NCBI GenBank assembly: GCA_951406725.2
Contig: OX597823.1
Location: 93,806,001-93,870,000 of the forward strand
Origin: Octopus vulgaris
Taxonomy: Eukaryota
DNA length: 64,000 nt
Reading direction: 5' to 3'
In this document: one piece after another, positions 1 to 11,952 of the stretch
Layout: the number at the start of each line of letters is the position of its first letter
Position numbering within the stretch: position 1 is the first letter of the stretch
Notes under the pieces: generated by a model
Told to the model about the DNA's origin: nothing
Database searches by the model: none
The model's input: only the letters and a program-made list of their open reading frames with translations
Program-made: the position numbers and the translations under genes

Positions 1-200
1 GAGAGATTATCTCATCTCCAAGCTACACACTCTGTCCAGTAACGTTGCTTCAGAAACCCTTCAGAGGATTCCCGTTTTGACCACTTGTATTTGCAATCAT
101 ACTCTTTTGGTCAGTAGCCACTATTTAAGAAAAAAGATGAAGATTTGCATGAAAAATGAATCTAAGATAGCAAGTACACTCTTTTACCAAGCTCTCCTCT
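1..200 (-). pseudogene. Decayed RTE-clade LINE ORF2 C-terminal fragment
   Basis: Minus-strand translation W-LLTKRV*LQIQVVKTGIL*RVSEATLLDRV resembles the RTE post-RT motif W.MT.R....IQA.EM.FLR...G.T..DRV; contains stops. Confidence 0.55.
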
Positions 201-645
201 TTTGCGAAGCGAAAGCTAGCGAAGGTGAGCGGGAAATATAGTTAAAATACATCACAAAGTATAGAGAAAACCAACAAAAACAAAATGGACAGTGATAGTT
301 GGGAAAACGCCCACTGAAAGTCATCGATAAAGTTTGACCTATTTTATTATACTGTTAAAGGATTCTTCAACGTAAAATATCGTTAATGGGGATTAGATTT
401 GGTCTATAGGATTTCAATTGGAAGTATCATTTTGGCATAATTACAAGAAACAGTGCAAGTAAAAAGAGTAGATGTCTGTCGTTTAGCAATCAGATAACGC
501 CAGTACAAAATCCCAAATGTATGAACGATGAGCAGGAGGTCCGAGACAAAGTTCTACCAACAGTACTATATTTAAGAATTGAGGAATTATGTACATTTGA
601 CATATTTACATTTGACTGATATTCGTCCTCATCTTGTTTGTTGTT

Positions 646-691
646 GACACAACGTTTCAGCTGATATACCCTCCAGCCTTCAACAGGTGTC
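646..691 (-). ncRNA. Minimal type-I hammerhead ribozyme motif (A6U in this copy)
   Basis: GACAC-CTGTTGA-A-GGCTG(loop)CAGCT-GAAA-CG-TT-GTGTC; perfect 5-bp stem I, palindromic AACGTT stem III. Confidence 0.65.
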
Positions 692-779
692 TAGGGGAAA
701 TTTCGAACCTGGGTTCTCATTCTTAAGGTATTTTTCAATGTTGTTGTTGTTATTATTATTATTATTGTTGTTGTTGTTG

Positions 780-810
<31 letters not shown>

Positions 811-811
<1 letters not shown>

Positions 812-1364
812 GAGTGAGAGAGCAGTTCATGCCATCAAAGTGACACTGGGGTAAAATATACGAAGCCCAATATACCCATCATGACTACCCGTCTGATAAA
901 GGTACACCAGGCACATGCATCACAACCATATGTGCGCGACATGGTGATCTCATATCAAGATAAACAGCACATGACCTTGCAGGTGGGGCCCAGTTAGAAT
1001 TTTCTTCAGGTTGAGTAGCCCATCCCGCTCAAACGGTCCCTGAATAAGGGTTGTTTAAGGATGTTGAAAGAACCACCCATGTTTCCAGAGGTGAACTATT
1101 CAAACCCCAAAGAATCCCTCTCAACACATGGCTATGATGCTCCCCCACTACTTCTGCTCGTGATCAGAGATGCACATATCGTCAGCCACTAAGGGACATG
1201 CTCAACTGGTTAAGGTCAAACAACTGACAAGCAAATCTGTGGTATTGAGCAGAATATTTGCTGTAGCCCATCTTTTATACCAAGACAAAACAATGTACAT
1301 GATAACACTTCCAATCAGTTAAGATCAGAAGCCATGAGAGCCACTGCCTGGTACTGCATCAGGG

Positions 1365-1366
<2 letters not shown>
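811..1366. mobile_element. Non-coding ~555 bp repeat inserted in (ATT)n
   Basis: Flanked by (ATT)n on both sides; partial homologues at 10272-10420 and 52108-52323. Confidence 0.75.
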
Positions 1367-1438
<72 letters not shown>

Positions 1439-1554
1439 TCACTGCCTGGAATCGAACTCGGAATCTTAATGTTAGTAGCATATGGGAACCAGTATTAAGG
1501 ACAGGAAAATATTAGATTAATAAGCCCCCTAAAATTCACTCCATAATTGCACAC

Positions 1555-1795
1555 GGGCATATGGCGTAGTGGTTAAAAGCGCAGGCTACTTAACCCCAAG
1601 ATTCCAAGTTCGATTCCAGGCAGTGACCGGAATAGTAATAATAATAACGACATAGAAAAATACTTTAGGAATGAGAACACAGGTTCGAGATTTACCCAAG
1701 GCACCTGATGAAGGTTGGAGAGTATATCAACCGAAACGTTGTGTTAACAACAAACGAGAAGAGACAAATATCTTTCAAATATAAATAATGTACAT
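1555..1795 (+). mobile_element. tRNA-head/(AAT)n/hammerhead-tail SINE, full length
   Basis: A box TGGCGTAGTGG, B box GTTCGATTCC, short AAT linker, conserved tail with HHR. Confidence 0.85.
1700..1745 (+). ncRNA. Minimal type-I hammerhead ribozyme motif
   Basis: GGCAC-CTGATGA-A-GGTTG(loop)CAACC-GAAA-CG-TT-GTGTT; stem II covaries with GGCTG/CAGCC of the other copies. Confidence 0.75.
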
Positions 1796-2512
1796 GTTCT
1801 ATCATTCTGACTTATCCATAGTAAACAGTCTGAGAAGTGACGATGTCAGTTCTCAAAAAAACGGTTTCTTACAATTGTTATAGAGACGAGCAATATTTTT
1901 ATGTACTGTAAAGGTGTTCAGTTGCCCATAGGATTGAAACAGCAATCCCGTATAGAAAATAATGATTCCGATATCGAAGGACAATAAAACGTTATTCAGG
2001 AATCGGGTAGTGTCTGGGTATTATTGTAGGCGAAATTGCTAAACCTATTTTTTAATGAATATACAAAAATTTGGGATAGATGAAATTACAGCAAAATACC
2101 ATTATTTAAGAACTAGCGGTGTAGTGCTTTTCATTCCTTATAAATCCGCCCAAAATATTTCCAGTAGTGGTAGTAGTAGTACAAGCGGTAGCTGCAGCAT
2201 TAGCACTACAGCCTGTTTCTTGACGTTGATGGTGATGGTGGTGATGGCATTGAAGTAGCTGCTGGCATTGCAGATTAAAATTCACGACTTCGATGAAAAG
2301 AAGTATATACGACAGCTGTTTCGTTTCCAGACAGAATTACAGACGAAGGGTTTCTATTTGAAGAACAGCTTCACAAGGAATCTATTTTGTGCCATCTCCT
2401 GTACAAGACAACTTATCACGGCAGTAAATAGGAAATTCTGATTACTTGTTAAATTGATATATGCGTCTACTTGGGCGAGTATCTGATTTATGCGTGTGCT
2501 GTGTTTTCGTAT

Positions 2513-2513
<1 letters not shown>

Positions 2514-2565
<52 letters not shown>

Positions 2566-2600
2566 GTGTATATATACTTACATATATATACATACATATG

Positions 2601-2634
<34 letters not shown>

Positions 2635-2924
2635 TATACATATATATACATATGTATATATATACATACACAGAAATACACATACATATATACATATATA
2701 TATATGTGTATATATATATATACACACACACACGTATATATATACATATATATACATACATATGTATATATATACATACACACAAACACACATACATATA
2801 TACATATATATATATATGTGTGTATATATATATACATACGTACACACACACGTATATATATACATATATATATATATGTATATATATATACACACATATA
2901 TATATACACACATATATACGTAAC

Positions 2925-2970
<46 letters not shown>

Positions 2971-3475
2971 TATGTATATTTATGTGTATGTGCGTGTGTC
3001 TGTGTCTGTATGCCTATATATACAAGTGTGCGTGTATGAATGTATACATGTACATTCTAACATGTAAATACTTGTGTGTATATTTTCGTGCGTGTATGTT
3101 GTGCGAGTGTGTTGTGAACGTTAACGGTTTGATTGATACTAAATTATGTACACGTACATATATGTAAATATATATATGTGTCTAGAGAGAGAGTGAGAGA
3201 TACATACATACATACATACATACATACATACATACATACATACATACATACATACATACATACATACATACATACATACATACATGTATGTACATATGTA
3301 TGTCTGTCTATGTGTATGTATGTATGAATGCAATACACATATGTAACGGAAACGTGGATATATATAAAATTGAATCTTTCAATGATGTTTCTTAGTTTAA
3401 CAGTTTCCTTCCTTGTGGCTTTCTGTCTATATCTAAACATATGACGTAATATATGTACACACACACACACACACA

Positions 3476-3532
<57 letters not shown>

Positions 3533-3604
3533 GCATATATATAAATATATAAAGAGAGAGAGAGAGATACATACATACATACATTCATACATAAACAGAC
3601 AGAC

Positions 3605-3682
<78 letters not shown>

Positions 3683-3720
3683 GTAGATAGATATACATAC
3701 ATGCACACACACATGCGTGT
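2514..3720. repeat. Compound (TA)n/(CA)n/(TACA)n/(TAGA)n microsatellite field
   Basis: Directly visible; representative of dozens of similar tracts across the window. Confidence 0.95.
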
Positions 3721-4084
3721 GGGTAGCGATAGAGAGAGAGAGTTATTCACCCGTTGAAGAGAGAGAACATGCATGCGGTGTAAAGGAAGCTTAGGAAAGG
3801 AGGAAATATAGTTCGTGTGAGGAGCGTTAGAATTAGAAAGTAGGAAGGGGAAACGCCCCCTATGTATTTAGAGTTTTAGTGTGGAGGTAGCCAGTCGTTA
3901 ATGACATTTGTTTTATGTTTCTTAAAAGGAGATGAGGTTCGTATTATAACAATTACCGATGTGTTCACATTTAGCGTGAATGAGTTTTCGGTGTAGTCTT
4001 TGCGTAACGTCAAATATGTGAGGAGAACCAAGTGCTGCGCGTTCGTTTTGTGTTGCATTTCTGTTGGCAGGTAAGTGACATGGA

Positions 4085-4658
4085 ATCTTTTTCTGCTATA
4101 GGCACAAGGCCAGAGAAGTTGTGAGCGGAGTTTCAGCCGATTAAGTACGAGTCAGAAACTGGTACTTCAGTTATCGACCCCGAAGGATGAAAGGCAAAAG
4201 CGGCCACAGCGGAATTTGAACTCAGAACGTAGTGGCAGATTAAAATACCTATTTCTTTACTACCCACAAGGGGCTAAACACAGAGACGACAAACAAGGAC
4301 AGACAAACGGATTAAGTCGATTAGAGCAACCCCAGCGCGTAACTGGTACTTATTTAATCGACCCCGAAAGGATAAAAGGCAAAGTCGACCTCGGCGGAAT
4401 TTGAACTCAGAACGTAAAGGCAGACGAAATACCTATTTCTTTACTACCCACAAGGGGCTAAACACAGAGGAGACAATTAAGGACAAACGGATTAAGTCGA
4501 TAACATTGACCTCAGTGTGTAACTGGTACTTATTTAACCGACCCCGAAAGAAGGAAAGGCAAAGTCGACGTCGGCGGAATTTGAACTCAGAACGTAGCGG
4601 CAGACGAAATACCGCTAAGCATTTCGCCCGGTGTGCTAACGTTTCTGCAAATCGCCAC
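4085..4658 (-). mobile_element. tRNA-derived SINE with Meta-like central domain, head-to-tail trimer
   Basis: Three units about 180 bp apart, each with the reverse complement of GTCGACTTTGCCTTTCATCCTTTCGGGGTCGAT; only one complete head. Confidence 0.8.
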
Positions 4659-4989
4659 CACATATATTTTTTTCTTTATTGTAATATAACAGACCACGCA
4701 TTTATGCACATACATACACACACACATATATACACACACGCATACATATATACACACACACACAAATACACACACATACATGTACATACTCAAACACATA
4801 AACACATACACGCACACACACATATATATATACATATACACACATATACACGTACACACACACATACACATATATAAACACCAACCTACTCACCCACATA
4901 CATACATATAAATGGTAGTTCTCATTATATGTGTGTGTGTTTATGTGTGTGTGTTTATGTGTGTGTACGCGCGCATGCGTGTGGGCGTG

Positions 4990-5713
4990 AAGACCGACAA
5001 CGCCACTGACTCCTGCTGAATCTTTTGCACCCATGGTAAAATGAGATATTTCCTCATTTTCCACTTTACAATAGTGTTTTGCTACGAATCAGGAGTGATT
5101 TCTTGGCTCGTAATATCATCTTAGTTTCTTTGTTTTTCATTGCTGTGATTGATTTCGTAAATTTCAGATTTGCAGTAGGCTTTGGCATGGATATTTCTGC
5201 CTCAGAGACCTCATTGACAAACTGGAAGGAAAAACACTTATTTTTGTTATTTGAGATCACGAACCATTGAATTATTTGTGTATTCCTCCAAAGAAATAAG
5301 TTCAGCTGTGCTTTCGCTTTCACTATGAATGTTGCTGACAATCATTCTGTGTCCTTTTTTCTAAAGGCTGTATTAACCCGATGTGTTCATTTTATTTTGG
5401 GGGCTTTTCGTTGTTATTTATGAAGATTTTGGTGTTCGCATATTTACTTCGTTTTCAGTTTTAAACTGGTCGTTATTTTTTCTTTCTATGTTTTATTTCG
5501 CTAAAGAATGCATAGCTTCGTTTTGCGTAGGTGCTGAAACCCGAAGTAAACAAGAGACAACTGTTAGAAGTTCGACTTATGAAGTTTCGGGTTCCTGTCA
5601 TATCAAAATTACCCACAAGTTCGGACTACTTCGATGCTGTTGATTTTCAGATTTTGCTACGTTTCTGAAGAATACTTCTTTGCTTGTTGAGGAGTCTCTT
5701 GATTATCGGTCAT
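4990..5713 (-). pseudogene. Decayed Penelope-like reverse transcriptase fragment (Naiad-like)
   Basis: Frameshifted motifs LWRNTQIIQWF..NKNKC, ILRAKKSLL and FTMGAKDSAGVSGVVGL match the recalled PLE RT pattern QW.NT..VI.WF / HARKSLLF / FDVTMGSYDGAEVCELVGL. Confidence 0.7.
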
Positions 5714-5771
5714 ATATGAATAAAAATATGACTGCTGCTACAAAGCTGGTGCAGGGTAAAGAGTTAAAGCA

Positions 5772-5810
<39 letters not shown>

Positions 5811-5813
<3 letters not shown>

Positions 5814-6048
5814 AGAGTTTACGAAAAAAAACAAAAGACGAAGACAGGTGGTGTACAAAACAAACAGATGTATTAGCATAACGCTCAGGAATAGAAAAAG
5901 TCTTTTACGTTTCGAGCCTACGCTCGAATACAGAAAGGGACACACAAAAAACAAGGAGAGAAAAAAATGTGTGTAGAGGCTAATGATCTATCATAGCGAC
6001 TGCCAGACAGAAGGGTCACACACGAGAGGTAAGAAGTAGGGGAGAGGA
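5811..6048 (-). mobile_element. Solo PLE pseudo-LTR (same family as 13060-14368) with damaged HHR at 5901-5937
   Basis: Homology to 13060-13330, 43449-43627 and 47736-47949; abuts (TA)n. Confidence 0.8.
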
Positions 6049-7949
6049 CAAACAGACATATGCATATATACAGACATATATGTATATATAGACAGACACA
6101 TTCATGTGTGGGTTTATGTGTGTGTACAGAAATAGATATGTATGCACGTATGCAACTGCATCGATGTATGCATTAATTCACACGCGCTTTTGCAATAAGA
6201 TTACATTTTATATTCGTATGTGAATGCATATCCGTACATAACAGAGCAAACACACGTATACGTCAATAACGAACGATATAAAAAAAATAAAGAAAGAAAA
6301 AGACACATGTGTACGACGCCGACAACATTACTACCACGACCATCACCACCGCAACCATCCGAAAATATAAAATATTCCGATATACAAACAAAATGACGGT
6401 AATTCCAAAAAGGAAAACAAAATTGAAAATGTTAAATTTGCAAATGAAACTTAAAAGTGAATAAAGAATTATTTTTTGCAAATGCATATATGTGACTCTG
6501 TACATGTATGTTTGTATATATGTGTGTATGGATAAATACGTAAATGTGTGTTGTTACACACATACATACACATACACATATATACATACAAATATATATT
6601 TAATCATCTACATATGCAGGTATATATTTTCTCAGTTATCCCTCTTCCTCTCTCTGTCTCTTCCTATATATAGATAGATATGTACATGTACATGTATGTA
6701 TGTATACACACACATATATATTGTGTAGATATGTATGTATATACATATACACATATACATATATACATATGTATACACATATACATATACATATACACAT
6801 ATATACATATACACATATACGCATTTCCCTCTGTTTGTCTCTCTCTCTCACTCACCCTCTCTCTCTCTCTCACTCACCCTCTCTCTCTCTTTCTCACTCA
6901 CTCTCTCTCTCTCTCTCTTTCCTCTCCTTCTCTACCCATCCCTCCTTCTGTTAACTTCAAAAGTTATCTCCTGAGAAATGCCATATTTTCAGACTTCGCT
7001 ATGTTTGGAAAGAATTTCTCCATGAAACAAAGGTGCGAGAAATAATCTAAACACTCAAAGAAATGTTTTTCAATATAATCTTCTCTTTCATCTCAACATA
7101 TTTTCCTTTCCTTCTATTCCGTATATTTCGTAGATTTATTATTTTTTCTACTACTTTTCCTATCCTATTTGTTAAGTATTTTCTTGGTGTTTTGTCGCCA
7201 TTTTTGTATTTCTATATTTCTGGGTATTTTCTTTTTTGTGCTGTTGTATTAAAATCTTTTTGTTTTAGACTATTCCGCGCTTTCCTTTCTGTTATTTATT
7301 TTCCTTGTTTTGTTCCTTGCATTTTGTTTTCAGTGTAAATTATAATTAAAACGTCCTACATAGTTTGTTTCTGTCTGTTAATGATATAAATTACGTTTTT
7401 CCCTCTGTATAGATTCTAGCAGTATGCATATGTGTATGTATGTATGTATATATAAAGTGTGACTGTGGTTACATATATTTGTATACACACACACACACAC
7501 ACGCATATATATATGAATATGTGTGTAACTATGTGTTTCTTGAGAGAGAGAGAGAGAGGAGGAGAAGGAGAAACAGGTGAGTAGATATAGGTATAAGTAT
7601 ATCAATACTTAATACTTGATCTCTCCCATACATTCTGTAACTGAGTCGCACGTGAATGTGCGCGCATTCGCACAATGCGAACTCACTTTCACAAACACAT
7701 ACACAAACACAAACCATTTATGTGTTTGTGTGTGCACGTATACATATATACATATATACATGTATGGTATATACATGCCCATATATATATATATATATAT
7801 ATGCATACATATATATATTTATGTATATAAATACACATGTATACATATATATATGTGTGTGTATATACATACGTATATATATATATATATATATGTAGAC
7901 ATACGTATATATATATATATACATATATATACACACACGCATGTATATA

Positions 7950-7984
<35 letters not shown>

Positions 7985-8027
7985 GCGTGTGTGTATATAT
8001 ATGTATATATATATATATACGTATGTC

Positions 8028-8068
<41 letters not shown>

Positions 8069-8329
8069 GTATGTATATATATATACATACTGACACCGAA
8101 TTCAGCAACATATTGGCTGCTTTCTACGTGTAAAATAACTGAAAAGTAAACCGCCATTCCAATAAGAAAAACGAGTCTAGTCTCCGAAAGGATAAAACAA
8201 AAAAAAAAAAAATAATAAATAAATGGAGAAACAGCGACTACAAGTGATACTACAACAATGAGAAAAACAGGAACAAATAATAACAGAAAAGTAATGATCA
8301 CACAACAACTGCGGCAAGAATACCGTTAA

Positions 8330-8386
8330 CTTCAAGTGATAGTCATAATAATAATAAAAGTAATAATAATAATAATGATGATGATA

Positions 8387-8433
<47 letters not shown>

Positions 8434-8454
8434 AACAACAACAGCAACAACAAC

Positions 8455-8492
<38 letters not shown>

Positions 8493-8919
8493 TAATAATA
8501 ATAAAAATAAAAATAATGATGATGATAATAATGATAATACAAAGAACAAATGTGAAACTGAATGGATATATCTTTATATTGAAAACGTTGAAACCGCCAA
8601 ACCCAAAGCTGTAGTTTTAGTACAGTGATGGTGATGGTGGTGGTGGTGGTGGTGATGGTGGTGGTGGTGGTTGTGCTGGTGGTGCTGGTGCGGCAGGTGG
8701 AGGTGATGAAGACAAACATGACCATCGTGACGACTCTGGTGTTAATGATGATAATCAGGATGAGAAGTAGGTAGAGGAGACAAAAACGTCAAGGGCGTTG
8801 TTAGAAATTGTGATGATGTAGAAGAAAAGAAGACACAGGTATGAGGGGAGGAGGTACAACAGCAGCAACAGAAGAAGAAGAAGAAGAAGAAGAAGAAGAA
8901 GAAGAAGAAGAAGAAGAAG

Positions 8920-8959
<40 letters not shown>

Positions 8960-9100
8960 GCAACAACAACAACAAAAACAAAACCAACAACAACAGCAGC
9001 ACACAAAACCACCAACAACAACAGCACCAACAACAGCAGCAACCACGACGACGACGACGACGAGTACGGACAGGAGGATGGCGGATGGTGATGGAGGAGG
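8330..9100. repeat. Serial trinucleotide microsatellites (AAT, GAT, AAC, GGT, GAA, CAA, GAC)
   Basis: Directly visible. Confidence 0.9.
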
Positions 9101-9427
9101 AAGTTATTTTATGAACGAGATAAATGTTTAGACGGAAAAATATCAATATTTATCAGAGAACAATTTTCAATGCTTTGTAGAATAAATTTTCACGTATTGT
9201 TTTTGTGATTCTTCTTTGAAACCCTATTCTTTTTTTTTTATACCCCACAACTGCACTTTCATATCTTTTGCTCAAAAATTTGTTTTGGCCATCTCTCTGA
9301 TCTGTTTCTTCCATTTCGATATTTCGTTGAACATCTCACATGTATTTCAGGTGTATCTTTGCCAAGCAAATGATTTACTCTAAGACCGTGGGCCGAAAAA
9401 ACTACTGTGTGCAATACTCATAATCCC

Positions 9428-9622
9428 TTCAAACCTTGACGCAAAGCCAACAATTTCGGGTGAAGAGTACGTTGATTACATTAACCCCAGTTTTGAATTG
9501 GTACCCGAAAGAATGAAAGGCAAAGTTGACCTCACCGGAATCAGATCGCAGCACGTAAAAATGGACAAAAAATATCGCTAAGCATTTGGCCTGGAGTGTT
9601 AACGAATCTGCCAGCTCACCGT
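9428..9622 (-). mobile_element. Diverged Meta-domain tRNA SINE
   Basis: gaatgaaaggcaaagttgacctc and head homology to 4560-4658. Confidence 0.7.
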
Positions 9623-9807
9623 CTTGGTGAAACACAACCAATCACAGCTATACAAATAAACAACGGTTTTTAGCCTGAATTAAGCATATATTATTTGCTG
9701 AGAAATTTTACGTCGTAGCAACTGTGACCGGGACACAGCGGCAAATAATACATGTTTAGGTGAAGTTACCACTTTCGGTTTCTGAATTACTAATATTTGT
9801 TATGATA

Positions 9808-10030
9808 GAGGCCCGTGTCTCAGTGGTTAGGCGTGTTACACTCATAATCGTAAGATTCTGTGTTCGATTTCTGGACCTGTCGGTGTATTGTGTTCTTGTG
9901 CAAAACACTTCATTTCCCTGTTGTTCCGGTTCACGCAGCTGGCAAAAATGATTTAATCCGGCGATAGACCAGCGTACCATCCAAGTGGCTAATATATACT
10001 CCACAGAAACCGGAAAACTAGCTTTATGAG
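9808..10030 (+). mobile_element. Diverged tRNA-derived SINE (second family)
   Basis: A/B box-like tcagtggttagg ... gttcgatttc, then cttgtgcaaaacacttcatttc; relatives at 19600-19915, 24605-24870, 30255-30480, 31595-31790 and 33194-33441. Confidence 0.65.
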
Positions 10031-10271
10031 CCAATGTATCAGGAGGGATCTTTGATTCTTTCCTTGAATATGTGTCTTCCAAACTGTAAATATTTCTCAC
10101 CTTTACAAATGCAGAATTCGTCTTCGAGACTATCGTTAGCGAATTCTAATGTAGCTCATATTACACCGTGTAACCAAATTTTTGTCATTGGGGTATTACC
10201 TCTTATTTCCTATACATTCTGAAGAGTGGGTGATATTTCTCTCAAACTTTGCTTTCGTTACATTTATGCAA

Positions 10272-10420
10272 ACCCAAAGAATCCCTCACAACAAACGGTT
10301 ATGCGGTTCTCCCACTACTTCTGCCCATCATCAGAGATGCACATATTGTCAGCCACTAATGGACATGCTCAACTGGTCATGGTCAAGCAAATCTGTGTTA
10401 TTGAGCACAATATTTGCTAT
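10272..10420. mobile_element. Fragment of the 811-1366 repeat
   Basis: aacccaaagaatccctc...cagagatgcacatat...gcaaatctgtg homologous to 1103-1265. Confidence 0.75.
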
Positions 10421-10952
10421 AGCGATATTTCTGCTTTAGCAACTCAGCATTGAATCTGTCTGAAATGAAATGGAAAAGAGGTCAGTTTCAAAACATTGAT
10501 GACTAAGTGAAAAAAGCAAGTCTGAAGGGAATAGTAGTCGTTTCCTTTGATTTCTAGATAGAAGCAAATAGGAAATAACATTTAATGACCAAAGACCCCA
10601 GAGAGATATATATCAGCAATATTCGAGTCTTCGGGTTGATATAATTGAATTTAACTGTTTTCTAAAATATAGTGACCCCCTTATTGGGATATAATTTAAC
10701 TTCATCGTTTTCACTAAGTTCACCTTTGAGTTTTAAAGTTCCAGGAGGGTACAAAAAGCAAAGGCCAATGTCGATGGTGTTTTCTAAATAATCCCTTTAA
10801 TATTGCTGCAATAAATCAGAAACCATTATCAAAATCATCATCATCATCATCTTTGTTTAATGTTATCGTTATTATTTCCTTCACTGTTTATGGACTTTGA
10901 ATTATATTTATAACATATTTCTTAAAATATCCTATTTCATATATATACATAT

Positions 10953-11029
<77 letters not shown>

Positions 11030-11793
11030 AATTATAATACGGCACATATTGTACCAGAATCATTGTCGAAAAATCCTATAAAATAAAAAAAAAAACACCA
11101 ATCACTGGAAATGTAACATGCACAAGAGAAGCTGGACAACGAACAAAGAAACTAATTTACTATCTCGGCAGAAAGGCGTAGAAAAGGATATTGCTGGATC
11201 AACATATTTCGAATTTTGAGAGTTTAGCTCCCTTAATTCTCATCAGCTGGTCTCACAATAGATCTAGGGCTAAAAACGTTGCTGGTTTCTCTGTGCTTCG
11301 TAACCGTTGAATTGAAGCTAACCCCAAATTCAAAAACGGTAGTAATATATATCATCAGTATATGATTTTATGATTTAACTTATTAAAACAGTTCCACAAA
11401 TTCATTCATATTTATGTAATGGAGGAGATTAGATGTTAAAATGAATAATAGTTATTATTACTCATGTTTCTATACAGTTTTTTTCATGCAAAAAAAAACA
11501 GTGCTATTCATAATAGAAAATCGGAACGGTCAAATTATTAATCGCCGGTAGCTTGGATAAAAACTAAAAAAGACGTTAGAAGTACATAGATTTTCTGTTT
11601 GTAATCGTATTGTAATAATGTGTTCGTTCTTGGAGTCATGCCTATTTAAACAAGACACTTGTTTTTAGGTACGGCCATCTGGTAGGTTCCAAGTTCACAA
11701 CTGATGCTGGAGCTAGGGATCTGTGATAAGCTTCCGAGTCAGCACGTATGTATTAAAGGAAGATGGAAAACAAAACCTGCCTATTTTTATATT

Positions 11794-11864
<71 letters not shown>

Positions 11865-11913
11865 TACATTATATTATATTATATATACATACGTGCATGC
11901 ATATATATATCTA

Positions 11914-11948
<35 letters not shown>

Positions 11949-11952
<4 letters not shown>

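Larger units (their letters stand above)
561..1480 (-). mobile_element. tRNA-head/(AAT)n/hammerhead-tail SINE, 5'-truncated, carrying an insert
   Basis: Reverse complement of B-box region (1435-1480), (ATT)n arrays, and tail 561-740 homologous to 1650-1795, 44940-45085 and 52515-52690. Confidence 0.8.

Noticed and set aside
1300-1366. HDV-like ribozyme at the end of the cargo element
   Set aside because: Only a simple hairpin could be drawn; the nested double pseudoknot could not be assembled by eye.
1555-1630. Functional tRNA gene
   Set aside because: Imperfect cloverleaf, no terminator, and always fused to the same linker and tail; it is a SINE head.
2305-2410. Hammerhead half GAAACAGCTGTC on the minus strand
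   Set aside because: No acceptable CUGANGA core upstream.
6967-7040. Hammerhead-like TCTC-CTGAGAA..GAAAC..GAGA
   Set aside because: Broken 3-8 pair and no valid NUH site; at most a decayed relic.
8841-9131. Poly-E/poly-Q ORF
   Set aside because: Pure adjacent trinucleotide microsatellites with no domain or splice context.
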